Position numbers and translations under genes: made by a program. A stretch of 62,948 bases of DNA, the filler included, from Octopus bimaculoides (taxonomy: Eukaryota): NCBI RefSeq assembly GCF_001194135.2. It is 10 parts of 10 records of this genome, joined end to end, with 100 filler letters (N's around TTAATTAATTAA, not from the genome) between each part and the next. Parts side by side here need not be neighbours in the genome. Positions count along the whole stretch, not along the records: positions 34,929 to 48,534 come from NC_068987.1; positions 48,635 to 51,237 come from NC_068991.1; 8 more parts are not named here. One strand, 5' to 3'. Shown piece by piece: positions 39,584 to 50,881 of this stretch (its first letter is position 1; the number at the start of each line of letters is the position of its first letter). Below the pieces are notes generated by a model, which had not been told where the DNA came from, searched no databases, and was given only the letters and a program-made list of their open reading frames with translations.

Positions 39584-40955
39584 TGCATGGCGCCAGAACC
39601 AGTGAGGTTGCCATATAACTTGCAAGACTAAAGAACCCTCTTGATTGAATTTGAATATAACAGAAATGGAGGCAGATTTATGCAAGATATTGAGAAGTTA
39701 AAGTATGAAAGAAGAGACAATAACAGGTTTCTTGCTGCAGAGAAAATATATGGCTACCTCACATTATATAATAGTGGGTGGGAATATTGTGGATGGAACT
39801 GGAAAGAAAAATAATGATGGCAAAGTGTCACAATGTGCCCACAGGATGCAAGATGATTAGACAAGAATGTATGTATCAGTGTATCTCAAGAGAGTTTTGA
39901 CTGCTAGCAGAGACTGTGTCTGAGAGACAAGTACCAAACCAATGCCAGATAAATACAATGATATTCAATATTTAACAAGAACACAGACATTTATTATTAT
40001 TTTGCCTTTTTGTGCATCATATGGGCAAGCTTCAGAGATCTCTGCCATATGATGAAATGTATTTAAAAATGTGGTCTTAAAAATAAATAACACTATGACA
40101 GTTCTTTTCTTACACTTAAACTGGAATATTTTCTCCACTGATAGTTATATGAAGCAAATCAAAGTGTATATCATAGCTACTTGTAAATGTATTAAGGAGA
40201 AAAGTTTAGCCTTTATATCATTTTATCTGGTATCCAAGAAGTTGATAAACACTTGAAACAATTTTGAGCATTAAGGGTGCTGAATTATTAGAAAACTGTT
40301 TTTGCAACATAAATAACATTCAATTTTTAAAAGATCCATCTGAAATATATGGAAACTCAAAATGCCTTAACAGATATTGCATTGTTGGAACACACCAAAT
40401 AAATATGCAATGCCATGTGGCCAATTGGTGAGCCAATTAAGGACAAGTGCACAGGATTTATGAAGATATCACAGTTTTTAATGGAGAGAAATTGAATGAC
40501 TCTGCAGGAGGGCAGTAACTTAGGTTAAAACTCACAAATTTCCAGTCAAATATCAATGTAATAACTAGCAATCACTAAGCACATAGTTTTTAATGTTCTT
40601 TTATCAATTTTGTTACGTATTTTCATTAAATTTCTTAAAATATTTCTTATTAAAATGTGGTTATGTTCAAAGAATAAAGGAATTATTGCCTTTAATCAAG
40701 AAATTTTTTCTTTATTACAGCTTTCAATGTTATTTTAGAAATTTATATGATGGGGCAGTAAGTCATTTATGATTCCATAAAGAGGTTAATGATATAAGAA
40801 GTTTGGTGACCCCTGTATTAGAATAATTAATTGTACAGAAAGTGTGTGCTCAATGAAATTGTAAATGTTGCCATTAGCTCAGACTTTAAAGACAAAGAAT
40901 ATATTCCATGGTAAAAAAATTTCTACAAAGATTAATAAAATTTAACAGAACTTAC

Positions 40956-41046
40956 CGCCACTAGTGTATACCTCTAATTGACGGTTGATATTGGACTTCT
41001 CAACAAGGGAATGAAGAGCGTTAAGGACACTGTGAACATTCCAAAC
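40956..41046 (-). CDS. EIF3L: eIF3L internal exon
   Basis: 91-nt exon, ttgtag/gtaagt, encoding VWNVHSVLNALHSLVEKSNINRQLEVYTSG(G), near-identical to the eIF3L segment. Confidence 0.97.
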
Positions 41047-41196
41047 CTACAACAAACAGTAAAGACAATGAAGAAGCAAGCTTTCAAAAAACAAGATGCT
41101 ATACAAAAAAGTATAGTATGTGTATGCACAGACACTGTAGAAATTATTTTGTAAAATTCTTACAAATACACAAAACATAATAAAGATCAAACTAAC

Positions 41197-41277
41197 CTTA
41201 GGATTTCTCTGCAATGCACTTTTCTCTTGAGGTGTTCTTTGTTCAATCGCAGATCTATAGATTGTGAATGACTGAAA
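41197..41277 (-). CDS. EIF3L: eIF3L internal exon
   Basis: 81-nt phase-0 exon, ttacag/gttagt, encoding FQSFTIYRSAIEQRTPQEKSALQRNPK (eIF3L FQSFSQYR...NPK). Confidence 0.93.
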
Positions 41278-41469
41278 CTGTAAGAGAAGAAAATATTGAG
41301 TGAATAAATCATCTCTGGCATTAATATCTTTGTTAGGCCAAACATGCTTCTTGCCACAAAAAATTATTTATCGTTGGTCAGTTGTTCCCATATACTTTTT
41401 TCGTATATTTGATAACAGCCAATGTGATGAGGGAAATTAGGCTGTTTGGGACTTGAACTTTATAGGGGT

Positions 41470-41675
41470 CTTGTGAGCTACTTGGCAACCTCACAAGCAC
41501 TGATGTCACAAGAAAAAAAAAACTCAGTACACTCTAAAGTAGTTGGTTTAAAAAAGGGCATCCAGCAGTAGAAACCATGCCAAAACATACATTGGAGTTT
41601 GATGCAGTCCTCCAGTCCTGTCAAACCACTCAACCCATGCCAGCATGGAGGATGGATATTAAATGATGACAACGA
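41470..41675 (+). mobile_element. RTE-tail short retroposon in eIF3L intron
   Basis: Matches the 3' UTR of the RTE copies (aacccatgccagcatgga..gatgac tail). Confidence 0.7.
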
Positions 41676-41862
41676 TGGGCAACCTTTGATTTTAATCTTC
41701 CAGAAAAACAGTCTGGCTATGAGGAAATATTACCTTGCTTGGAAAGGTACCTGGCCATAGAAAATCTGCCTGGGATAAAACAACTTGAAAGGAACTCCTT
41801 TCAATGATAGGTACAAGAAAAGAAAAAGAAAAGTATATACATATGTTTTGAAGTAGGCCTAC

Positions 41863-41936
41863 CTGATAAATAAACTCATCGATGATGTCCCATAACCATT
41901 GGTTAGGTAAATCCAAAGGAACCGGTTCATTATCGT
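41863..41936 (-). CDS. EIF3L: eIF3L internal exon
   Basis: 74-nt exon encoding (N)[24 protein letters not shown] with the hallmark [16 protein letters not shown] motif. Phases match both neighbours. Confidence 0.97.
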
Positions 41937-42770
41937 CTAGAGACACAGGAAATTAATAACAAAAAGTTTAATACTAGAACATTTAAGGCACTTTTAGGAT
42001 GTTGACATTTAAAGAACCAGATTATTAGATTGGCTGACTAGGAGTTTTTTTTTTGTGTGTGTGTGTGTGAGAGTAAACTAGGCTTGTTTTATGAGTTATT
42101 TCATGTCTATAACCGTCTACCATACACACAAGATACAAATCTTCCATTTCATGTTTCTCTACAATATAACAATACATCTTTGATACTTCAGTCGCTCCAG
42201 TTCTACTTTCACATCTTTGCAACATCACACATATACTATAAATCCTTTAAGTCCTGATCGATAACAAAATAATTTGTGCAAATAAGAATGCTTGCTGACA
42301 GCCAATCATATTCAAGAGATTATTGTTCTACTATTCCTTATAAAACACTATATTACTGGTTTATGCATTTAGTTGCAATGGAAATTTCTTATGGCGACCA
42401 GTTAAAAACCCAATTCACAATTATAAGTAACTTGATATGCAAATTTAGTATATAATAGCTAGATCAAGCTACTTTTACCCTGGGAAATTAATCAAAGGAT
42501 TATGAAAGAAATGACAGGATATTATTACTAAGAGGTGAGATGTTTATGTCTAACACTGTACCACAAAAAGGGTCATAGAATTTCGATGAGTACTGCTAGT
42601 TAAATATTATACAAGTAAGCAAGCAAAATTATTTCGTAATTACTACTGAAAATTATATAGAACACTTCTCAGTGTTTCAGTTTTATCAAAATTTCAATTG
42701 CAAATGTCTTTACAGACAGCTTACTGAGGGGTACAGACCAAAAATCAAGCAAAGATATAAATATACTTAC

Positions 42771-42840
42771 TCAGAATATAATTGAAAAGACTACAGTAGT
42801 TGAAATAGGAATCAATTCTATGCTGCAATGTTGTTTTTGT
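42771..42840 (-). CDS. EIF3L: eIF3L internal exon
   Basis: 70-nt exon, ttgcag/gtaagt, encoding TKTTLQHRIDSYFNYCSLFNYIL, matching eIF3L QRFESYYNYCNLFNYIL. Confidence 0.95.
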
Positions 42841-43009
42841 CTGCAAGAAACAATAAGATTTGGTTGAATTTCTTCTAAATATATTAATAAAACTATTTAT
42901 CCTGAAGGGCAGTATATATATATATATATATATATATTTTTATTCATTTTTTAATCATCAACAGTTATATACACACTGATCTACAGACAGATGCCGGAAC
43001 ACTAACAAA

Positions 43010-43198
43010 AGCATAACAGTCACAATTGAAGCCAATGAAAGAAATTTGGGTAATTTAAGAATTAAGGAAGCTTTACTCATACACAGATTAGGACCCCAAA
43101 TTAACAACAGGCTGGAGGTTGGTAATCAATATATTATTTAGCTACATCTGGATGTGTGTAGGTTAATTCTTAATAACATGCTCATATATTGTTTATAT

Positions 43199-43254
<56 letters not shown>

Positions 43255-43490
43255 GCTTCATGTATAACACATAGCTTAGAAGCAGCGCTACAGATTTACC
43301 AACACACACGAGATTGAAACATAGCCGACTTCACGCACTTCTCATGAGGGATCCCGGAAGGAGCTTCGTGAGACCACTACTGAGACGCTTCCGAAAATAA
43401 AGAAAAGCCGTTGGAAAACAGTTTATAGCAGAGACTCCATCTAAGAATATCTGAAGAAGGAATTGTATTCCGAAATATCGGACTCTAGAT
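43010..43490 (+). mobile_element. Penelope-like element 3' fragment, same family as 14362-15290
   Basis: Encodes NLRIKEALLIHRLGPQINNRLEVGNQYII*. The downstream sequence aligns with the reverse complement of 14380-14700. Confidence 0.82.
43438..43490 (+). ncRNA. Candidate minimal hammerhead motif at PLE end
   Basis: CUGAAGA (43451) A GGAAU-ugu-AUUCC GAAA UAUC. Stem I is imperfect (aucua/uagau). Confidence 0.55.
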
Positions 43491-43918
43491 AACTAAATTA
43501 CAACAGGTATATAGTCCATTTTTTGTATTATAGTGCATTGTTGTACCATTCAAAACTTTTTATTCTTTAAAATTTGTAAATTTTTTGACTTAAGCAATGA
43601 TAATGTTATGTTTGTGTAAGTTTGAAAAGCTCTAAATTCTTGAGCTCACATCTCAAACTTTTTTTGTCAACACAGATGACCACAAGCTTCAATGAATTCT
43701 AGTTATTTGTTATTTCTCAGAAGGCAAGAGTTAATGGATTCACTAATTGTCTTCTGAAAATGGCTAACAATGTGACTAAAAATTCAGTCAACTGTTACTA
43801 TTTTGTCTCTCCCCTAAATTAATCAAATGTTCTAAAAGAGAATACAACAGTTGAACAACAAAGTAATTTGGAATGTTTCAGTCATTTATTCAAACAATAA
43901 AACTGTGTTTGTACTTAC

Positions 43919-43980
43919 TGGAACTCTGGCATACAAATGACGATAGTAGAGCTCTCTGTACAAGGTGAGAAATAGTTCAT
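43919..43980 (-). CDS. EIF3L: eIF3L internal exon
   Basis: 62-nt exon, ttacag acceptor and gtaagt donor, encoding (D)ELFLTLYRELYYRHLYARVP, matching the eIF3L FLILYKELYYRHIYA motif. Confidence 0.95.
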
Positions 43981-44599
43981 CTGTAAATAAATAAATAAAT
44001 AAATATGCTGTGTGTAAACATATATGCATATTTCCAATTTCATTAAGCATATACAATTTGCATTAACCTTCTGTCTACCAATGGGTCCATTTCAGTTTTT
44101 TCAGTTGCTTTTTCCTACTGTTTAAATTATTTGATTCTGCTGATTTCTTGTGACTTATTTTTTCAACTCTCTTTTAGGTGTCAAATAGCAAATTTTCCAT
44201 ATGTTTATAAAAGCTAGAAAATTTCACTTTATACATTAATTAACATATGGATCCATTGGACCCCCGAATTAAATTCAGACAATACTTTTGTCATTCTAAA
44301 CAGAATAAAAGCAGTATCAAATATCATCTTCCTAGATATTTATCAGATATAAAATAGATAAAATTGTATTCAATTTATCTTCTGAATTTTAGATAAAACA
44401 GGAGAAATTACGAAAATTTTACTATAAATTTGTGTGGTATTGTATCACCTTTTATCTGCTAGGTGATGCAATATTTCTATATGACAATGCAATTCTTACA
44501 ATATATTGCATCATCTTTCAGGAGAGTATAAATATATGAGAGCAATATCTGTCTTTGGTCTGCTATCAAGTTTCATATAGTTCAGTTGTGCTTTTCAAT

Positions 44600-46366
44600 A
44601 TGCCTAGATGTGAAAACTTGAGTGAAGACCAAATATCGAAAAGATTGTTGGAATTAGATGAAGAATGGGAAGAAGATAGTAATGATTCCTTCTATTGCTC
44701 TGAAGATGATGGTGAAAGTGATTGTGTGCTGGACAGTTTAGGTTCTGTGTCATCAGATGATGAAGATACTAAAAAACAATAGGAATCTTGCAATATTGTG
44801 CACCAAGATTGTGGACCATCCCGTTTTGTTAAAAGGTCTTGCGATAGCATTTAAACATGTTTTACTATCTTTATACACCAGAATCTTCTTGAAGTAATTT
44901 GTAAATGGACAAATGTTGAAGGTCAGGTTGTTTACAAAAATAAATGGAAGGGAAATTGATCACTCTGAACTAAAGAAATTTATTAGACTGATTATTCTTA
45001 TAGGTGTTTATAAATCTAAACATGAAAATGTCACACAGTTATGGATTTAAGAAGATGGCTGCCCAATATGAGCTGGGGAAGATTTCAACAGTTTTTACAA
45101 GTATTGCGTTTTTGATGATGCTAGTGCAAGAAGAAAAAAGAGAAGTGATGATAAATTGGAGCCCATAAGAGAAGTATTCGAAACGTGGAATCAGAATTTG
45201 CAAGATGGATATGTTCCAAGTTCATGCATGACAGTTGATGAAAAATTAATTTCATTCAGAGGGCACAGCCCATTCTGGGTATATATTCCTTCAAAACCAG
45301 GGAAATATGGAATCAAAATTTGGGCAATATGCGACAGTGAAGCATCTTATGTCTGGAAAATGCAAATCTACACTGGAAAAGACCCAGTAAAAGGGAGAGA
45401 GACAAATCAAAGTTCAAGAGTTGTTGAAGACCTAGTAAAAGAACTTGAAAATACTGGTTACAATATCATCATCATCGTTTAACATCCATTTTCCATGCTG
45501 GCATGGGTTGGACAGTTTGATTGGGGACTGGCAAGCCAGAAGGCCGCACCAGGCTCCAATCTGATCTGGCAATGTTTCTACAGCTGGATGCCCTTCCTAA
45601 CACCAACCACTCCGAGAGTGTAGTGGGTGCCTTTTACGTGCCACCGGCATGGGAGCCAGTCAGGCTAATATAACTTGTGATAAATTTTTTAACAAGTCAA
45701 GGATTGGCTCAAAAGCTGCTTAGCATGAAAACTACTTTAGTTGGAACAATTAGAAAGAACAGAGTTGAACTTCCAAGTGATTTCGCAAATGGAAAAGAAA
45801 GAGAAATTAACAGCACAATATTTGGATTTCAAAAGGATTCTATGATCCTATCTTTTTGTCCCAAGAAAAATTATGTAGTCACCCTTATGAGTATAATGTG
45901 CTCTCAGCCTTCAATTGATTCAAAAAGTGCTAGAAAGAACCCTAAAGTTGTAAAATGTTACAACAAAACAAAAGGAGGAGTAAATACCCTCAAAGAATGA
46001 CTTGAAGATGGCCTATGGTTATATTTGAAAAATTGATTGATATAAGTGCAGTGAATGCTTTCATTGTTGCTAAACAGCTTCGCTTGCAAAGTTTCAAACA
46101 TAAAAGAAGACAGTGCCTAATTCAGTTAGGAAAGGAACGAACATTTCAAACAATCTTCTTGTTCCGCTAACATTTCTCAACCAAACAAGAAAAGAAGACT
46201 ATCTTCAACTTCATTTGAGATTACTCAGCCAAAGAAAAAAGGAAGGTGTTCTTTGTGTGGCCCAAAAAAAGACAGGAAAACTTGTACTACATGTAAGAAT
46301 TGTAATATCCATGTTTGCCAAGAACATTCCAATGTTGTCTGCATTCACTGCCATGAAGAGCTGTGA
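44600..46366 (+). pseudogene. piggyBac (PGBD4-like) transposase pseudogene
   Basis: Acidic N-terminus, TVDEKLISFRG, YIPSKPGKYGIKIW, TLVGTIRKNR, YNKTKGGV and a C-terminal Cys-rich GRCSLC...CKNC...VCQEH...CIHC. Several stops and frameshifts plus an insertion at ~45466-45665. Confidence 0.9.
45466..45665 (-). mobile_element. RTE-tail short retroposon inserted in the piggyBac transposase
   Basis: Splits GYNI|TCD. Reverse complement of the RTE 3' UTR with a (CAT)n tail and a short aatat duplication at the flanks. Confidence 0.8.
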
Positions 46367-46623
46367 TTCAGTATTTTTGTCATTTTTAAAATTTATACTA
46401 TATTCTGTAAGCTGTATCTTTTTTATTAAAATTTCTGAGAAACAATAATTCTTCATTCACCTGATAGCATATATAATGTAGCTAAGAAATAGTGGTAGTC
46501 TGAATAAAATTTAATTAAAAGAAAAATACTGGGTCCATTGGACCCAGTTGGTAATTAGTGACATACATTTTCTCTGGTAGACCAAGGGTTAACCAAGGTA
46601 AAAATCAAGGCATTTTCACTTAC

Positions 46624-46700
46624 CATTCACAATATTTGACACTGCTGCAGTTTCTGGCCAGGGAGTGTTCCGGAAGTAACGGTCAGTCAACTTATTGAAT
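46624..46700 (-). CDS. EIF3L: eIF3L internal exon (first visible)
   Basis: AG/GT-bounded 77-nt exon encoding FNKLTDRYFRNTPWPETAAVSNIVN, similar to eIF3L WTKLTERFFKNTPWPEAEAIAPQVGN. End phase 1 joins the next exon in frame. Confidence 0.93.
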
Positions 46701-46739
46701 CTGTAAAATGAAATAGTCTGTTTGAACCGCACACATATG

Positions 46740-48295
46740 ATCTTGGTGTGGAAGAGTTCTATGAACACACCTACTTCTAGTCCTTAGGAAAACAGCATAA
46801 GTATTGTAATAACTAGTTTCTGGCTTCAGTTAACTTTACTGTTCCACTGGGAAATTGTATTATATAGCTCAATTAAAAATAGCTCCTTTAACTGACAGGT
46901 GGATCTTCCCCTCCCTCAGGTAGATGGCCCCGCTCAATCTGTAGAAAAGGTGTAGGTAGAAGTAACTTCATAAGATGCACCCAGTGTAAGCTTTAGACAC
47001 ACAAAATGTGCAGCAACATCAAAGGAAGATTAACAGAGAAACTAACTTTTATATGCGGAAGGTGCACAGGTATAATAAATGCTGAAAAAATGTGGAAAAT
47101 AGATATCTATCAACTACCAGGGAAGCAAGGTAGCGGTAGTAGATAGCTTCCGGTATCTAGGCAACCAGGTTAGTAGTGGAGGTGGTTGTTCTGAGAGCGT
47201 AGCTGTGAGAATAAGATTAGGCTGGACAAAGTTCAGAGAGCTCCTACCCCTGCTGACAACAAAGGGCCTCTCTCTCAGAGTGAAAGGTAGATTGTTTGAT
47301 GTCTGTGTGTGAACAGCTATGCTGCATGGCAGTGAAATGTGGACTATGACAGCCAAGGACATGCGTAGGCTTGAGAGAAATGAAGCCAGTATGGATGTGC
47401 AATGTCAGTGAGCATGTTCAACAGAGTGCAAACATCTTGAGAAAAGTTAGGCATAAGAAGAATCAGATGTGTGCAAGAGAGACAACCGTCCTGGTATAGT
47501 CATGTGATGTGTATGGACGAGGACAGTTGCATAAAGAAGAGCCAATCTTTAACTGTGAAAGGGACCTGTGGTAGAGGTAGACCCAGGAAGACATGGGATG
47601 AGGTGGTGATGCATGACCTTCAAACTTTGAACCTCACAGAGGCAATGACTAGTGACAGAGACCTTTGGCGATGTGCTCTACTGAAGAGAACCTGTCATGC
47701 CAAGTACACTTGTGCTGGTGGCATGTAAAGAAAAAAAACCAACCTTTTGAACACCAGGCAAAGTGACTGAGTTCCTTTCGAGCAGGAACCATGGAGGTGA
47801 AGTGGCCGAGTTCCTTTCGAGCAGGCCTCAAGGAGGCAAAGTGGCTGAGTTCCTTTTGAGCACTGAGCCTCATGGTTGAAAAGTGGCCAAGCTCTTGAGC
47901 TGTATTGAGGCAAAGTGACTGAATTCCTTTTAAATGGGCCTCACGGAGGTGAGGCAGCTGAGTTCCTTTCAAGCAGTGGGCCTCATGGAGGCAAAGTGGC
48001 TGAGGTCCTTTCGAGTGCTGGGCCTCACAGAGGCAACAGTCAAGACCTTTGGCATTATGTTGTGCTTGAGAAGAAAACCCATCAAACCGAGCAAAATTGC
48101 AGTTGTGGCAGATAATGGTATCATGCAAATTGCACCCATGCCAGTTGCATATAAAAGCACCCATTACTCTCAGAGTGGTTGGTGTTAGGAAAGACACCGA
48201 GCTATAGAAAACCATGCCAAATCAGACTGGATCCTGGCACAGCCTTCCAGCATGCCAGCCCATGCCAGCATGGAGAATGGATGTAAATTATTATG
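46740..48295 (+). mobile_element. RTE-clade LINE 3' fragment with 3' UTR minisatellite
   Basis: SICRKGVGR Cys-rich segment, VVDSFRYLGN, WYSHVMCMDEDSCIKK, CGRGRPRKTW. Homologous to 35335-36360. Confidence 0.85.
47757..48045. repeat. Minisatellite, ~39-42-bp unit, ~7 copies
   Basis: Recurrent ggcaaagtggctgagttcctttcgagc..ggcctcatgga within the RTE 3' UTR. Confidence 0.85.
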
Positions 48296-48634
48296 ACAGT
48301 AAAGAAATTTTTTTTTTTAATATCGAAGCATATTTATATTTTTGAAAAAGAAATTATCCTAGAATATAATTTAATGCAAGTGCATTTTTATTGTAATATA
48401 TCAAGGTTGATTTTCTTATTTATTCCTCTGGAGTCAGAAAGAAACATCAATTGAATTCAAATTTACATAAAGTTAACATTCACCAAAGATTAACACACAC
48501 ACGCACACACACACACATATATATGTCGCCTTTCNNNNNNNNNNNNNNNNNNNNNNNNNNNNNNNNNNNNNNNNNNNNTTAATTAATTAANNNNNNNNNN
48601 NNNNNNNNNNNNNNNNNNNNNNNNNNNNNNNNNN

Positions 48635-48695
<61 letters not shown>

Positions 48696-49540
48696 GATGG
48701 CAGATGAGAGGACAGAGATAGACGAAAACGTGTGTGCGGCAGCTGAATGCTACTGGCGCATCTGTCACAAAATGAAACATCTAAAGGAAATGATAAAGAA
48801 CAAACGTTTGAAGTAACTTTCGTTGTCATCGTTGTTTTTGCTGCTGTTGTTGTAGTTGTTGTTACAGTTGTTGTTGTTTTTTTAGCATATTGTTTTTATA
48901 TCCGTATTTATTTATTTTTCAGAGATAAGCGATGTGTCAGGTTTTTACGGGTGCAAGCTACTTTTGTGAAAACAAAAACTACTAAAAAAAAAAACAAAAA
49001 AACAAAAAAAAAATCATGAGAATAATGGCCCCTATCCTTTACTGGTTTGGTTTGCTTGTGGTGTTTGCGTATATGCATGTATTTTGCGTGTATATGTATT
49101 CATAAACGATGGCCGAAGGGAGGGAGGTGGGGTTACGCGCATTCATGTACATTTATAAAAGTTTGGTTTTACAAATAAGATTTATAGAACTCAATACGTG
49201 ATTCAGACAATGTATTTTATTATAATTATTAACTGAAAAGCTACAGAAACGACCTAAGGGCCCAGGTTTCATAGGAAAGCACTTAAACACTCAAACATAC
49301 ACATACACAAATACACATAATACATACATATATATATATATATATACACATATATATACATGCAGATACATACATACAAGAGTAATCTCTTTCACATGGA
49401 CTACTCTGTCAAAAACATTCGTACACTACCTAACGATGTTAACTTGAGAATGCTCATAGGAAAAACAGAAGATTGTTAAACACTTACTCTTAGCTAATCG
49501 AGTGTTATTCTGTTTGTTCAAACATTAATAAATATATATA

Positions 49541-49760
49541 TATTCAAGGTGCTGAAAAGTTCCTGGTTTGGGGTAAAAGAAAATACAAGAGGATCAGCTA
49601 ATTATGATTTTATTCAACATATTCTCTTCTCAGATTCACACACTTATTGTAACGGTCCTTCAGTTTTTCTAAGCCCTGTAAAAGGACTCGGAATGTTGGA
49701 CTCCAACCAGGCTTTTCACTAGACCCTTAAAGCCAGGAATATTTCAGCTCTCCCTCGTAT
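49541..49760. mobile_element. Mariner/Tc1-type MITE
   Basis: Terminal inverted repeats ggtgctgaaaagttcctggtt / aagccaggaatatttcagctctccctcgta around a ~220-bp element in a TA context. Confidence 0.7.
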
Positions 49761-49765
49761 ATGTA

Positions 49766-50190
49766 TTAGGCTGTCACACATGAAATATCGTATGTGAAAG
49801 GTAACAATAAAATGTTTGAGAAGTGTTAGAGAACTGATTTATTTAATCAAAGTTTGATCCATGTTCATTTATGACGTTTACACAACAACGTTTCTCTATG
49901 TCATATATTCCACTTTAGAAAAAAAAATTCATTTTTTGCTGTGATAAACTGTTCGAATGCTTCTATTACCTCTTCTCTATTTAAGAATGTTTTATTGCTT
50001 ATGAAAAGTTCAGAATGCTTAAATAAGTGATAATCAGTAGGAGAAATATCAGGGGAATAGGGAGGATGTTGCAAAATCTCATAATTCAGGTTTTGCAACT
50101 TTTGGACTGTAGCTTGAGGAGTGTGAGGACATGCATTGTCGTGGAGCAAAATTGGGCCATCTCTATTCACTAGTCTGGGCTGCTTCTTTT
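49766..50190 (-). mobile_element. Mariner transposase 3' remnant with probable terminal repeat
   Basis: GPILLHDNACPHT...LQHPPYSPDISPTDYHLFKH (HDNA, YSPD and third catalytic D). A TA-preceded end sequence at ~49766. Confidence 0.85.
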
Positions 50191-50364
50191 TCGAAGCTGG
50201 TTGTGATGGAGGCGGTAGTGGTGGTGATGGAGGTGGTGGTAGTGGTAGTGATTTTTTGACTACAAGTTAGCAACTATTGCTAACAAGTTCGGCAACCACG
50301 TTGAAGTGCTTGGATTATCAAATGTTTTGTCAAATGAATGCACTTCATTATTGGTTAAACCCAG

Positions 50365-50540
50365 GCGGCGAGCTGGTAGAACCGTCAGTAAGCTGGACAA
50401 AATTCTTAGCAACATTTCGTCCGTCTTTACCTTTCATCCTTTCTCGGTCAACGACATAAGTACCGATTGAGCATTGACGCCCATGTAATCGTCTAGACAA
50501 TTCGCCAAAATTTCAGGCACCGTGCTGATAGTAACAAAGA
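50365..50540 (+). mobile_element. SINE family A
   Basis: Head ggcgagctggtagaaccgtcag followed by cctttcatcctttc. Confidence 0.8.
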
Positions 50541-50809
50541 ATTATTTGGTCAAGGAGATATCTGCCGGAAAGTATATAGAGAACTTAATCCTGAATTTTC
50601 CGTAGAGATTAAAAAAGGGAATAATGCTTGGTGAATGCGAATTTGAAACTAGAGTATTCCCAAAACATTTCCGTCTACCTTTAAATAAATATTACTTAAA
50701 CTGTATGTATATACTGAGTAGCTCCGTTTTTGCTAAAGATAAGAGTTAAATTGACTCAAAGCCACAAACGCACTGTCTTAAGTGACTGACAAAGGGAGGT
50801 AAGTCTCCA

Positions 50810-50881
50810 GCGTACATAGCCGGATCACGATTTCGGATTTTGATGTATACCATCTTAATCTTCATCAGCGACTCTTAACGC
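50810..50881 (-). ncRNA. Candidate type I hammerhead ribozyme
   Basis: Minus strand GCGUUAAG-AGUCG-CUGAUGA-A-GAUUaaGAUG-guaua-CAUCaaAAUC-C-GAAA-UC-gu-GA-UC-CGGCU-AUGU-ACGC. Core boxes and stems I, II and III are all formable. Confidence 0.7.

Larger units (their letters stand above)
44067..46588 (+). mobile_element. Full-length degenerate piggyBac DNA transposon
   Basis: TTAA at 44063-44066 and 46589-46592. Imperfect TIRs ccttctgtctacca / tggtagaccaaggg, and subterminal gg(g/a)tccattggaccc palindromes near both ends. Transposase inside. Confidence 0.92.

Noticed and set aside
39586-39700. LNILHK.../GFFSL segments resembling the missing eIF3L exon
   Set aside because: Similarity does not hold in one frame, splice sites do not fit, and part of it matches a retroposon fragment.
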